From assembly GCF_018350175.1 (NCBI RefSeq), contig NC_058369.1:152396001-152460000 (forward strand): a DNA stretch of 64,000 nucleotides, in the 5' to 3' direction. The notes below the pieces were generated by a model. It saw only the letters and a program-made list of their open reading frames with translations, had not been told where the DNA came from and did not search any database. Source of the stretch: Felis catus (taxonomy: Eukaryota). Below are positions 37,283 through 51,350 of the stretch, one piece after another (within the stretch, counting starts at the first letter, position 1; every line of letters starts with the position of its first letter). The position numbers and the translations under genes are program-made.

Positions 37283-38487
37283 CCCCTTCAGAGAATCCTA
37301 CCATTTGAGAGAAGAAAGGGGCCCTCCAGAGATCATCAGTTGTACAGTCTTGTTTTGAAGATGAGGAAAGCTGGGCCTAAGGACAGTAAGAAGCATAGCC
37401 TTTCAGGAGCAGATCTGGGGCTGGACTCCAGTGTATTCTCTCCTGCTACAAACATCTCTTTTCACCCCAGTAGCTCCTTCACGTGGCATCTACAGCATTT
37501 GAACATGTTACTGCGATAAAAGTTGCACAAAAGGAGCCCCAGAGCTTTGGTGAGGTCTCCCCGTCCCAGTAAGCTGTGTGATCCTGAGGAACATTTTCAA
37601 TCTCTTTGACCCTTGGCTTTCTTCTGTGCAAAATAAAGTTATTCAACATGGTTTCTGGTATCATTTTGCTCCCATAACATGTGACTCGATGATCTTAATG
37701 TAGTGGCGAATTCGTTTCTATTTCTCACAAAGCACATGGGCCTTCTTTTTCCTCAGATTCTCCAGATTTCTAATGACAAGTGACGTTGGAATCAGAATCC
37801 CAAAGACAAACTCTAAGTAAAGGACAAAACAGCCATTTTCAGACACACAAGAATTCCAAGAATTTATTTCCCTAGTGCTTAGTTTTCAGAAGTAATTTGT
37901 GACCATGCTCCAGAAAATCAAGAAACTAAGAAATATGTGAGTCAAAAGTGATAAGACAAATGCAGCCGTCCAAAGAAGAAAAGCCTAAGGTGACAATGGT
38001 ACAGAATGACTGGGAAAAATATTCATCAAAATTGGAACAGGAAGCCAGTGGACTCTGGGAATGCCTTTAGGAGGAAGAATGAAATGGATTCCAGAATGAC
38101 AAGGGAGCTCGATGATACTAGAGACATACTGAAAAAAATGTGTGTTGTATCTTTCAACAAAAACAAAGACGACCAACACCAAGAGAAAGAAAAACAGCAT
38201 GAAAAGGTCCAAATACGAAAGAGACCAATCTAAAAAAAAAAATGGTAAGAAAAGTATTTTGATCTGAATAATAGAAACATTGTCTTTCATTGTCATTGGA
38301 GTCCTTGCCTTGAAAACTTTCAGAAGAAACTTGTAATTGCAGCTTACTATTTGCCTCTGAGGTATGCATTAACATGCCATGCTAATGCATCTCCATGTGC
38401 TTAACTTTCAAATCTTAGAATTAAAAAATCAGCAACACAAAGAACTTGTAACATTGGTACAAAATAGAATGTAAAATGTACATCCGT

Positions 38488-39657
38488 ATACTACTACATC
38501 AAAATAAAAACTCTGGCACAGTGAAGGAAACAATCAATGAGAATAAAAGACAACCTACTGAACGGTACAAGACACTTGCAAGTAAGATATCCAATTAAGG
38601 GTTAGTATCCAAAATATATACTAATACAACTCAACACTCAAAAAACCAAATAACCCAATTAAAAATGGGCAGAAGATCTGTGCTGACAGCTCAGAGCCTG
38701 GAGCCTGCTTCAGATTCTGTGTCTCCTTCTCTCTCTGCCCCTCCCCTGCTTTCTCTCTCTCTCAAAAATAAACATTAAAAAAAAATGGGCAGAAGACATG
38801 AACAGGCATTTCTCCAAAAGAAGATGTATTGATGACCGACAGACACATGAAANNNNNNNNNNNNNNNNNNNNNNNNNNNNNNNNNNNNNNNNNNNNNNNN
38901 NNNNNNNNNNNNNNNNNNNNNNNNNNNNNNNNNNNNNNNNNNNNNNNNNNNNNNNNNNNNNNNNNNNNNNNNNNNNNNNNNNNNNNNNNNNNNNNNNNNN
39001 NNNNNNNNNNNNNNNNNNNNNNNNNNNNNNNNNNNNNNNNNNNNNNNNNNNNNNNNNNNNNNNNNNNNNNNNNNNNNNNNNNNNNNNNNNNNNNTTGCAC
39101 TTCTGGATATTTATCCAAAGAATACAAAAACACTAANNNNNNNNNNNNNNNNNNNNNNNNNNNNNNNNNNNNNNNNNNNNNNNNNNNNNNNNNNNNNNNN
39201 NNNNNNNNNNNNNNNNNNNNNNNNNNNNNNNNNNNNNNNNNNNNNNNNNNNNNNNNNNNNNNNNNNNNNNNNNNNNNNNNNNNNNNNNNATGAATGAAAT
39301 CTTGCCATTTGCAATAAGACGGAATGAGCTAGAGAGTACAACGCTAAGTGAAATAAGTCAAAGACAACTACCATATGATTGCACTTATATGTGGAATTTA
39401 AGAAACAAAACAAAGGACAAAAAGAGAGAGATAAAACAAGAAACAGACTCTTAAGTATAGAGAACAAACTGGTGGTTACCAGAGGGGAGGGGGGACGAAA
39501 TGAATGACACAGGGCATGGGGATTACGAGTACACTTACCATGATGAGCACCAAGTAATGTGCAGAAGTGTTGAATCACTATATTGTATACCTGAAACTAA
39601 TATAACACTGTATGTTAACTCGACTGGCATTAAAATGCAAAACTTTAAAAAATCAAA
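38488..39657 (+). mobile_element. 5'-truncated carnivore-type LINE-1 (ORF2 3' end plus 3' UTR)
   Basis: ACTACATCAAAATAAAA...CAACCTACTGAA...AATCTTGCCATTTGCAA...TGATGAGCAC...GTTGAATCACTATATTGTATACCTGAAACTAAT; TSD TAAAATGTACATC(C/T)GT at 38472-38487 and 39658-39673. Confidence 0.92.
38677..38780 (+). mobile_element. 5'-truncated Can-SINE nested in L1
   Basis: Starts at TCTGTGCTGACAGCTCAGAG with no A or B box; perfect 16-bp TSD AAAAATGGGCAGAAGA at 38661-38676 and 38781-38796. Confidence 0.95.
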
Positions 39658-39884
39658 TAAAATGTACATCTGTGACATGGAATATAGTTAACAGATGTTG
39701 AGAAGTGGAAGAGGGGAGAAGGAATGGGGATGTGTTAAGATTCACACAAAACCATCACGGTGATTGCCACTGTGCCCGGAGGGGGGAGGAAAAGGGACCA
39801 GCGTGGGAAAACAGATCTGTGATGTTTTGTTAAGAAACAAAAGCTGTGGCAGAGTAGACGGTAAGGGCGCGGTGTGGCCAGTGG

Positions 39885-40335
39885 CAAAGGATGTTATTCC
39901 CAGCCGCGTGTGAGCGCTGGTCGTTGTTCCTTCTAAGCACTTTGCACGGCTCTCCAAAGTCTGCGTAGCTTCCTCATGTGGATCCACTGTAAGTGTTTTA
40001 CTGAATACCGAGGTACAGGTCTCTGCAGATCTGTGGGGTTCTCTCTCTGTGCAGTTTCCCGACACTCTTCTCTGTAAGTTCTAGTTGCCTTGGTCTGCCC
40101 AAGTCAGGAAATCTGCCAGGCTCTGCCTGAATTACCCTTCCCTGAGCCACTGCCTGGAAACTCCGAAGGCCGTAAACTGGGGTAATCATGCAACTAACTT
40201 CCGTCTCTTAGGGATCACGGTCTTTTTTTGCCTGACACCTGGTGTGTTAACAATCACTGTTTTTTATAGGGATGTTCTTTATTCAGGTGGGAGGGTAAAT
40301 CTGGCCTCTATTAGTCTATCTTGAAAGCAGAGGTT
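39885..40335 (-). mobile_element. Old L1 (L1MC/L1MD-like) 5'-end fragment
   Basis: CTCTGCAGATCTGTGGGGTTCTCTCTCTGTGCAG...GCCTGGAAACTC...TTAGGGATCAC...CAGGTGGGAGGGTAAATCTGG. Confidence 0.7.
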
Positions 40336-42666
40336 TTTTTTTTAAATTTCTGCCTTATCAGGGATCCCTTTTAGTTCCTGCCTAATAGTCAATCTTTGTT
40401 TACCTCCTGATACCAAAAATTTAACTTAACCACCATTAAGGACAGTACTCACACCAATTACATCCAACAGCCAGTAACAGAAGAAAAGAAACGAGTNNNN
40501 NNNNNNNNNNNNNNNNNNNNNNNNNNNNNNNNNNNNNNNNNNNNNNNNNNNNNNNNNNNNNNNNNNNNNNNNNNNNNNNNNNNNNNNNNNNNNNNNNNNN
40601 NNNNNNNNNNNNNNNNNNNNNNNNNNNNATCTCTGTAGAGCAACACAGTGATCAAGATACTTTATATAAATAGGAAATGCAAGAAAATTAGGGAAAAATA
40701 CTTTATGACTTTGTTACAAAAAACTCCATTCTTCCCTTCCCCAGCCCACCCTTCCCACCCACCCTCCCTCCCTCCATTTCATATGATCTGGATCCCACTT
40801 CACCTGGAAATAAAACTTCATCAACCTACTGCCACAGCTGCTACTTTTTTGGGGGGGATTCCACCTGCCAGCTGGCAGCTTTGCAAAAGCATGGCTCTGG
40901 GATGTGATAGGGCAGAATCAGAAATCATGAAAGAGCCCTTTATAATGTGACTGCAACGCTTCATACAGATGTAGCCTTTGAGAGTGAATTACCCACAGCC
41001 AAGGGTACTCTGGATGCCCAAGAATCTTTTCCCACTCAGAAATCAAATGAAATGAAATATATTCATTCTTAGGGAATGGACATTGTCCTCTATTCCTGAA
41101 CTCCCTACAGGAATGGTTTTCCCCACTTTCAATCAGCTATGATCCATATAATATTCAGATTCGCGGTTGCCTCTTAACCATTTGTAATAAATAAATAAAT
41201 AAGAACCCAGCCTAGCTAACCTTTACTGAAACTAACTGGACTAATAAATTTCAAAGATGTGCTTTGCAAAATATTCTATTGTGCTAGAATATTTTGTCTG
41301 TCAAAGTTCTGAAACTCATTTCCCAGGATGGCAAGAAACCCACACTTCCCAGCCCACAATCTGAATGTGAGCAAACATCAATCTGAATTCTAATTGTGAT
41401 GAAAATTATGCATGTGGTCAGAACCTCAGTCCAACCAAGAAGGGATGGAGGTCAGTGAATGAAAAATTTTAGTGCTAATAAGACCCAAAAGGTTAGGAAC
41501 CATTTGGTTTCATTATACAAGGTACAGTAAATATCAAAGCCAGATAGTATCTTAAAAATGACCAATCTCACCAACATATCTCAGAGTTACCCATAAATTT
41601 AAAACAAAATATAGAGTAAACCAATTTACAGCTGTCATTGGTTTACTTTAATAAGTAAAGACAATTTGTAAACATCTCCTATCTCTATAATTTTAAGGTT
41701 ACATGTAAACCCCAAGATAAAAAAAAGTTTGTCTTTAAATTTTTAAGGGTTGAATATATTTAGATTTATGAAAAAACCCTAAATTGTCCTTATTTCTCAC
41801 AAATTTTACCATAGACAATCACACACCTATGGACAGGTCTAACCTCCTATGAGCACTTAGAGAAACTCCTTCCAAAAACAACCTAATCCTTAGGAAAGCT
41901 CTATTAGAAAGTTCTTTCTAGAACTGTCTCTTCCCCTAAATTCCACACATAATTCTTCTAAGCTGCATAGATTGAAAATTTCATGATATTCCTCGAAGCC
42001 ACTTTGAACAAGTTCAATTTTTTTCTACATCTTCTGGATTTGCTTTTCATGAGGATCAAAGTTTACTGAGAGTATATATTATTTATTTGTGGGTTGCCAT
42101 GGCAATTTGTGTGAAGACTAGAGCCTTATTATTGTCCTGCTCTTGAGAATCTTTTTCCTTTCCCATTAACTCTCTGCTCTTCCTTTCCCTTCCCAAGCCA
42201 GGAGCAAAGACAAGGTGGGGAAGAAGGGGAAGCCGGGGCGGGGTGGGGGGGGCATTTTCTCAGCAAAACCCCAGATAATGGTCTATTTTTAAAGATTATC
42301 TCAAGAGTGACTCCCATCCAGCCAACCTGAAATCCAAGAATTCAGGTCTTCTTATTATGGAAGGGGGGATGGGCTATTAAACCTATAGTCCACAAACATT
42401 GTAGCAACATTAGTCTAGCAATACAAGGTTAAGTCCTACTTAATGACAATAAGTCATTTAAAAAATGCCTCTATGGCTCTTCACCAGAAAACAGAGATCT
42501 GTCATTTGTCCAGACCCCAGCCACAGTCATACACCCCAAATGACAAATGGGTAGAAAGAAAATGAACACTAGATCCTTTTTTCCTCTTTAATTCCTGAAC
42601 CTGAGCCTGCTCTGCCTTAGTAGAAACACCTACTCGGGAGATTTGGGAGTTGGCTAGCAATGGACA

Positions 42667-42699
<33 letters not shown>

Positions 42700-42721
42700 C
42701 GCGCATGCATGTGTGTACATA
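42667..42721. repeat. (GT)13 microsatellite extended into a 55-bp alternating purine-pyrimidine tract
   Basis: (GT)13 GCGCGCACGCGCATGCATGTGTGTACATA. Confidence 0.95.
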
Positions 42722-45700
42722 AGCAAAGCAAATTGTTTTAGGGTCATGAAATACCTGCTTCTCAATGACCTGGGATATATTTGCAATGACTGACACTGTT
42801 AAAAAAAGCTGTAACTGCCACCTACATGGCAGGAACCGAGAGGCGGTGGGGACTCTAACAGTGCTGCTTGAGTCCAAAATCAAAGAAATCTAAAACTAGA
42901 AAATATCACATAAGTCTTTTAGTCTAAGCTCCCTCACAATAAAGGAATTGCTTTTTCATGATCACGGATTTGGCTGTTCAATTTTCGCTTAAATAGTGGA
43001 AGAAACCCTAGCTGCAGTAAAGTCACTTTGTTTTTTTAGAAAGCCCAGTCCATTTTTCTGGATAGATGGGTAGGAAAAAAGACATCCAAAACCAATAAAG
43101 CTACCTCCTTTTCATGTCTGTCCTGAACTCTTCTGTCCTTGCTTTAATTCACAAATTACTTGCCCTACAGAACTTGAATTACATAGTCCTACTTCACCTG
43201 TCTCCTCCAAACATTCCTGTTCCTAATCTTAGTTTGTTCTCTTTCCAGATCAAATAGCCGCCTTCTACGTATACACTGATCTGCCTATAGAGGTGCTCTG
43301 TAAAAGAAGAGATCCAGAATTGGAGAATCTCTCAGGCCTGCTTATTCGTTCTGCTTCAAGTGCAGAACTTCCCACAGGTGTATCAGACCTCTGTGTATGT
43401 GACTGTGTGGCAGATATGGCTTCCATACCCATGAGAGCAATGGAGTCTTGAATGGCAAGCCCACTTTCAACACTTTTTGGTACAGCATTCTAAAATATCA
43501 TCCCAATAGCGACTTCCAAGGAGAGAAAACAGTACTAACATTTTTTAAATGTTGAGAATCATAGACAAGCCAGAAGTCACCCTCAGTATGAGTTTTTTTC
43601 ATGAAGTCCACCATGGCACCAAACATTTGACCCTTTTTTCCCCTTGGACATTTACCCAACCTGAGAAGCCTCTGAGAGCAAAAACTCTGACTTTTTAACT
43701 TCCTATTCCTCAGTTCTACCCAACTCTTGCTGTGGGATGCCAAGTCAATATCTTTTCAAGGAGGCACCTTCTAAATTGTGGAAATCGGAACGACGTAAAA
43801 CAGCACTGGAGGCAATGGCGGGACACTGTTTACTTAGCAAACATCTACCGTGAGGGTGTTAGTCTGTCATGTCTAGAGATCTTTGTTTAAAAATTACTGA
43901 AATTATAATGAACAGTATAACTGACAGTAAATGGTATAGATTTGAGTTGTATAAACTATTTTCTATTGAAAGACACATGTGTTTCACCAAAGGACTGAGA
44001 AACGAGACAGTTTCAGTTGTTCCCACCATTAAGGGACTCCTTTCAGATGCCATTTGGCTCTAAACAGTAAACCTTGGGAAAACGTTCAGAATCATCACTT
44101 GTTTCCATGGGTGGACCCTCCCTTGCAGCTCTCACACCTGCAGCGAAAACAAGTGGGAGTTTCCATGATTGCCTTGTGTGGATCCCCAATATCTTCTAGG
44201 CAAAATTTTCTTTTGCGGTTATAGTAGATTACGTTTAACTGTAAGAATACCAAATCACGCCACTTTTTTTGTTTTTTTTGTTTTTTACACTGGACAGACA
44301 GTAAAACAGATTTCTAAGATGACTTAAGGATGCCTAAGAACATGTATCAAAATCCATGACGCTTCCAGAAGTATTCTGGAGTCAGATGTCGTAATATGTT
44401 TTCTTTTCACTAGCTCTTAAATTCATGCTTAGTTGGTTTAAAAATTTTTAATGATAACTAAAAGTCATTCTCTCCAAGATTTTCCCTCTCAAAATGGTGT
44501 TTTAAAGATTAAAATCAAGACTTTCATAAATTTTAAGACTGAAATCCTGCCATCCACATTAAAAATAAAACTTTAAAAACTCACAGAATCTGATTCCAGC
44601 CCCTTCGATAAACGTTCCTAATCACAGCATCATCCCTCCAGGTGGTCAAGTAGTGTTCAAACAGTCCCAGGGTCCAGAAGTGTGTAATTCCACCAGGGTG
44701 TCCACTCCACTGTTTGACGGTTTTTACTTCATTTTTGTATTTAGGTCGAAACCCACTGCCAATTTTGCCTATTGCTTCTAGTTTCATTCTTGAGAAATAG
44801 CATGAGTTTTAGCTGTCATTTCGGTAGGGTTTCTGTCTCATCTGAAAGTCTTGGTCGCAAATACATTTTTAAGAACACTACCAAGACTCGAAGGAAAAGG
44901 AAATGCAAAATATCATCCCCTTCACATTCTCATTTCATATTTCATAAAACTAAAATCTTGCGGGCTGAAGAGTGACAGGCACAATAAAGGCCTGACGGAC
45001 ACCCCATTGCGTGCTTTCCTGGCACCCTGTGCTTCTCCCATGCCCAACTGATCACATGGGAATCCGTCTTTTCTCCTAGGCCGCCAGCTCCATGGACCCA
45101 AGAGGTTGGGCTCTCTCATTGATTCTTAGATCCTTAGCAAGCTGCTTGCATCAGAGTAAGGGATAAATATATTTTTGAAATAAATGATTAAATACCCAAA
45201 GGTATGATTGGCTCATGAACTTATGGTTGCCCGCAGGATGCCTGAAGACATATAAAGACCCTGGAATCTGTCTACCATGAGGATATTATTCAATATTCAA
45301 ATCTCTGCTTTAAAAGACAATGCCTCAACAGCCTAAGAATCATTTTTTTCTGCTTTCTTTTTGAGACCAGGTCACTGCTATGTGTCCTGGGAGAGTGGGT
45401 TGTCCAAGGGCACTACTCCTTGCTTAGTTCCTGTATTTAGGTTTCTCACTAAACTGTGGGGAGACGGCCTAAAAATCCACAGGTGGCCAGTAGGGGTTAA
45501 CACGTATATAATCCAGTCATCTAGGTAACTTCGGGGAGCACATGGTTTACATCACCAGATGTGGAAGAAGCTGCCATGACTGAGGACGCCAAGACAGACG
45601 TGTGCTAAACCTCTGTGGCAGATGACTTTTCAGAATAAGGCTTGTTGTAACTCTATAAGATAATCAAGGTCAGTGGACATCTATTTGTCCTTTAGGCAAA

Positions 45701-46739
45701 ATGGATACTTGTCCCAGAGGGTCATTTCATTTTGATCCATTTTTAGCCTAATGCCTGGGGAAAATCTGGGCAGCTGTATGACAAAATTACAAAGGTAGTG
45801 GCGGAAAGTCCAGAAGGACTACTGCCATGGTCAGAAAAATTGGAGGGACCAGAGATGGATGATGACCTGGTCACAGAAAGGGTTGGGGCCAAAGTCAATC
45901 TGAGAGGCTCAGCAGAGAAAAAACTACACCAGTCAGCTGAATATGGAATTCAGAGAATGAGAAAGTAGAGAGATTAAGAGAAGGTTCTAGGGAGACCTGG
46001 ACAGAGACTATTTTACACAAATAAGTGCTAAAGGTTAGTTAGAAAAGTCTTCTCATTTAATAGATGTTCTACTTTTTTTCTTAGCTAAAATGAAGATAAT
46101 CCATTTAAGTAGAGCAGTTAGTTTTATTTGATGGCTATGAGGAGTCATTTCAACAAAGATCTATTTTATTTTTAAACAGCATAATTGAGTAAAAGATCAC
46201 ACTGTTTTCAGTGATTTCATTAGCTACTCCTACTGGAAGGAAGCCAAGCTCTTCAGACCCCAGCCCATATCCAAGTTACTACACCTTCCTGTCAGTAGCT
46301 GGCCCTAATTAAATATCATCAGGCAGTGTATGGAGTGTTATTAGCCCTGCAAACTCAGCCTTGGTAAGGGGAGTGAGCAGGACAGAGAAAGAAACTCTCC
46401 ATGTGAGATCCAAAAATAGCGCAGACAAGGCTCTGGGCTCACGTAGGTTTCATGCTTCACATAAGGTAACATAAACCATTATAAGACCTCTTGGTCATGG
46501 ATTTTATGACACACAGCAAATGCCATGTGTAGCTGGAGTGCTGCAGTAAAAGAACTAAGCTTAGCAACGGTAAAAACAACAAAGAATAAATGAGAACTTT
46601 CTGTTAGCCTGTCTTTGCCTGTTGGTGTTAACTATACACAGAGATGATTAACATGCTTCTAAGATGTTCTATTATAAGCCTATGCAATAGCGTGTGTATA
46701 GTACAGATATACACACACGTATACAAATAAATATATTTC

Positions 46740-46965
46740 TATACGTGGGGGGGAGGCTTGCGTACACAGTATTTCTGACAACATACAAGCGACACTGTTT
46801 ATTGGTGTTAACGCCGCTTATCTCTGGGGAGGGGGCTGAGGACACTACACCAGCACAGAGGAACACCTTGACCTTGCCCGTGATTCTCATCTGTGCTATT
46901 CGAACTTCTGATAAAAAGCACGTTTGACTTCTATAAATTAAACGATCTAAATAAAATAAAACAAT
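46740..46965 (+). mobile_element. Probable very old L1 (L1ME-like) 3' end
   Basis: TGTTAACGCCGCTTATCTCTGGGGAGGGGG followed by an AATAAA-rich tail. Confidence 0.4.
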
Positions 46966-49900
46966 TTAAATAAAAGAGACCCATAAACACTTAAAACTGC
47001 TGCCCCACATATTGTAAAACATGGACATTATGAGAAGTCTGGTAAATACATTTCAGAAACACTTTAGGCAAAGAAATGGTTATGAGGTCCAAACAAAAGC
47101 TACCTGCTGAGTATCTCTCAATGCAAAAAGATCTGCCTAAGCGCTAGGGCCAGCTCCCATGATGGCCTAGGGAGCCACGGGGTGGGCGAGGTTTCCCATC
47201 AGCTGTCGCTAACTTCATGGCTGTGCACTTGCCAGCTAAGATCTCTTTTTCAGAAACTGCATTGGTTTTAAGTTAAAGCCTCCACAAGAGGTAACCAGAA
47301 CTCTCCAAGTGAAATTCGCAGCCATGGTGTTTATTTCCTTCTTGGCTTCTGTTTTTTATCAAGTCCTTGAATGTGATAAAGCACAGCTTAGCTGGGTTCT
47401 ATTTCATTAAATGTGTGCGACTGGAATCTACGGCCTCAAAAATGACTACCTTCAGGGTTCTATGATGTTGTCTTGTAATAACTCGCCATTTCTCATACCC
47501 CTCCCTGTCAGCCTAACCTAAAAATGGAATCCCAGAGCAGAAAGCACCACCACGTGAGGGGCTCTTCTGAGCCAAACACAGAGGAATGAATGCCAGCTAA
47601 GGCAGCCTCTCTCCAGTACTGTCTCAGGAGGTTTTGTAGAAATTGCTATTTCTATAAGTATATAGTTTTATGTATTTTAAATTAAATGCATGTGGGTTTA
47701 AAGACCAGGGCCAGACCATTTGCTTCTATACTTTCTGATGGCCCATTAAAGGTGCGAAGATATACTTAGGCTGAGCTGGAAACTGCTGGAACATATGGCC
47801 TTTCTAAAGCCCAGGACTGTCACACGCAGAGATCAATTTTTAAAAATGCTACAGGAGGTAGGTTTAATATCGAATCCACTGAATATATAACTGTTCTGCT
47901 CATTTTTGATGTTCTTTTCTTAGAAAACCCAAGTCCTGAGGGCATTTGCTTTTTCAAAGAGTTATTTGCCTTGGTTGTATGCTTCCCATCAACAACATAG
48001 AGCTTTTTTTTTGGCTTGGAATTATTTTCAAATGTACCAGAACTCCTACAGTAATCATTAGCTAATCTACTTTCATACCAGGAATTTACTTGTGACTTCA
48101 GTTGGACCTATTTGAATTGGCCCATAGCCATCTATACCCTCAATTTTCTCTGGGCTGCTTTGAAGCATCACAAAGAAATGTGAGATGGTAGTTGGTGAAA
48201 ATAGTCCTTCATCCCAGAAATGGCAGCTGGGTAACCGATGGCGTGGTCGACTGTTTGGCTAAACCTAGGGAATGGAAGGCACCATTCAAGGCCAGACTCC
48301 AGTCGGTTTTAGAGATTATATTTCTGTCATCACAACATCTCTTTGATGGTGCCACCAACTGAAAAACTCCCAGATGAAGCCCAGTGATGAAAATCTCCTG
48401 GAGCATATTTTTTCCAGCTTCTGGAAACAACCTACTGCAGTCCTCCTTCCCTTCGCCATAAAACCCAACAGATAATTCCATTACTAAGACTGTTAGATGA
48501 CAACAGATTACTCATGACCAACCTCTTCTCCCACAGCTGGAAACAACACCAACGATTTGACTTTGGAACGACGTTCCCATCCACTGAGAAGCTACTCCTA
48601 CTTAATCCAGTATTCATAGCTGTCCTTTCAAAATGTTATGTGACCAGACGAAATTCAGATAAGCAATGCGTCACCACTGGACCTTTTCAGTAAATGTAGA
48701 AAAACCATCATTTATACGTTCACATGCAGAAACACCAGAGAAGCACTTTGTTTGTGTCTAAGAGCAAAATGGAAGAAAGCTCAGAAGACATCGGTTTTAG
48801 TCTGAAACAACCCTTAATCACCGCTTTCATTTCTCACTTACACCCAAGTCGAATAGATATCTTCACTGAAAGTTAGACTTTTTCTCTTGCTATCGTAGTT
48901 ATCACAGAATCCCCAGTAGAGGGACCTGTGTGGACCAACGGATCTGTGGCAGGATTAGAAGTTGCAATTCCAATTCTAGAGACACATTTCTGGCTAGGCT
49001 CCCACAGCGGTTTGTACTAAGAATTTTCCAGCAGAGGAAAACAGAGAAGAGAATATATTAGACTACCCCGTACAGGAGAAATGGGGCTGTAGTGCTATCA
49101 AGCATAACCTGGGACTGGACAAGTAAAAGGTGAGGCATCCATCAGAAAGATCCAGCCATCCTGGAAATCTGGCAGTGGAACTCATAAAACAAGGCTTTAT
49201 CCTTGGGACAAGGCTTACTTGGGGGTAATGAAAACCAAAACCTTAGAAGGAAAAGCTAAAATGGCCCCCCCTTCCACCACTGCACCTAAGAGTCTATACT
49301 TATTAGCCTCTGTGCAATATTCCAGTGACCGTTTTCTTGCTCAAGTGAGTTGTTTTGACTCAATATGTTGCTACTTTTGCATTGGCTGTTTCATTTCAAG
49401 TCAATTAGCCTGCTTTCTATTATCACTCAAGAAAGTCTACAGGTAAACGCTGTCAGAGTGCTCCGTTTCCTGTTATCGCAGCTCTTGCACATGGTTTTCT
49501 GCTCGGGCAACTTCAACTGCACTTAAAAATCCAGTGGTTCTGCAAACCAGCCATGGGCCTTCGTTTAATCCTTCGCTCGTCTCTATTGCGGCAAAAGGCA
49601 AAGATGGCTACACGTAGGCAGTACGGAGCTGTGCAAACAGCCCAAGCTGAACCAGTCCTCGGGGCTATCAGCAACAGCCCCACAACCCCGGGCCGGCCCC
49701 TGGGTTCCCTCCCATGCCACCTCACCATACCTCAGAGATAAGAGCACACAAGTTGACATTATCCATGTGGCACGTCCCAGCTCCTAGTTAATGATAAGGG
49801 GTTGGGTGGGTGGTTGGGTGGGAGGGAGGGAACATGCAAAAAGTCACTAATAGTCTTGGTATATTTCATCTGGGAAATGGAAGCAGCTTTACAGTTGTGT

Positions 49901-50629
49901 TTCTGCAGGACATCCAGAGGGTTTTCAAAGACCTTCAGATGGTCTTGTGGTCTTCAAAGACTGAATGTAAAGAGAACAGATCATATTTTTCGAACGGTGA
50001 GTAGTTACAGTAGAATTGTGTGGTACAGGGGAGTCATGAATGCACAGGGGGAGGCGGGAGCAGTGCCATGTATACGAACATCCTTTGAATCTTGAAAATA
50101 AATTATACAGGTGAACACAGAAGTTCATGCTACTTGCTGGAAGCAATAAGGATCAAATTTCGTGGAACTTGTATTCCACAAATCTCCAGGTATCCTGCCT
50201 CTTCCTCGGTGGGCTATCATGTTCTGTTGGACGCCTTGGTAGCCCTTAACAACTGGTGACATGGTATCAGATTGATTCTTGCAGGAGAGAGACAGTGGAT
50301 TCCATCAGCTTCTTCCAGGGGAGCTGCCCGATCGCCGGGAGGGCACAGGTGATATGCTCGCTCAAGTTCTCTTTGTGATCTACCTGGGTCAAACAGCAGT
50401 TTCCAGGTCCTCGTGGCCAACGATCTTATAGTTCTGGCGGCTTTCTAGGTAAGCGGCCAAATCTGGGTCTCCAGCTTGCTGTGCTCTCTCTTGAGGTGTC
50501 TTACCCTACAGGTAACAGTGGGAAGGAAGGAGACACAAATACTTGGGATGAGATTTTTTTTTTTAAATGCAGAAACACAGGTATTCAAAGATAACTCACT
50601 AAAGGATTTTTCCATGCTTCTGGTTTTAG

Positions 50630-50885
50630 AGTTCACAAGACACTTTCAAATCTATTATCCCATTAAACATGTGAGATAGGTAAGTTTAAGAGAAAGAGAC
50701 TGTCACTCAACAGCTGGGGCTTACATCTGAGGAAACAGAGGTTCACGGTAACTGGGTCCACAGCAGGAAACAGTGTGGCACAGTGAGCTTTGGAACCCAG
50801 ATGCTTCAGCAATAGAAATCACTGAACAGAAAAGTGGGAGAGCAGGCATTCAGACTTCTGATTTGGGATTCTTTCTATTATACTA
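50630..50885 (-). mobile_element. MIR relic
   Basis: TTAGAGTTCACAAGACACTTTCAAATCTATTATCCCATT...TTACATCTGAGGAAACAGAGGTTCA. Confidence 0.6.
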
Positions 50886-51039
50886 AACTCTGGGAAGCAG
50901 CAAGTAGAAAATGATAGCATGGGATGGGCATAAATGATCTAGGGATGCTTCTTTGCTGGTTTTAAAGCCTTCAGTTAAGTTCCCCCTAATTCAAAACTAT
51001 CTCATCTCTCCAAAAAGTGAGTTAATTTCTGACTATAAA

Positions 51040-51350
51040 AGTGACGGGTGTGGATTAAAAATAAACTTGGAAAAGTACAAAAGCATAAGGAAGAAAATAA
51101 AACTCACCAATAATTTCTATACTACACTAAGATAACCACTGTTAACCTTCTGCAGAGTGACTGTTGTGTCTTTTCCTGGAGCTCTACACATAATTATTTG
51201 TATAAAAAGAAAACCACACTCTGTTTATATATTATTCTATCACATGCTTTTTCCCCTAATATATCAAATCTTTTCCATCATTCAGTGATCTTCTACACCA
51301 TCTTAACGAATGTATCATTTCTTGCAGCCTACTATAATGCCGTGTGTATA
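51040..51350 (-). mobile_element. Very old L1 (L1ME-like) 3' fragment
   Basis: GAAAAGTACAAAAGCATAAGGAAGAAAATAAAACTCACC...GATAACCACTGTTAAC. Confidence 0.55.

Noticed and set aside
48150-48700. Exon- or pseudogene-like balanced-composition stretch
   Set aside because: The frames I translated close quickly, I recognise no protein, and there is no poly-A or TSD.
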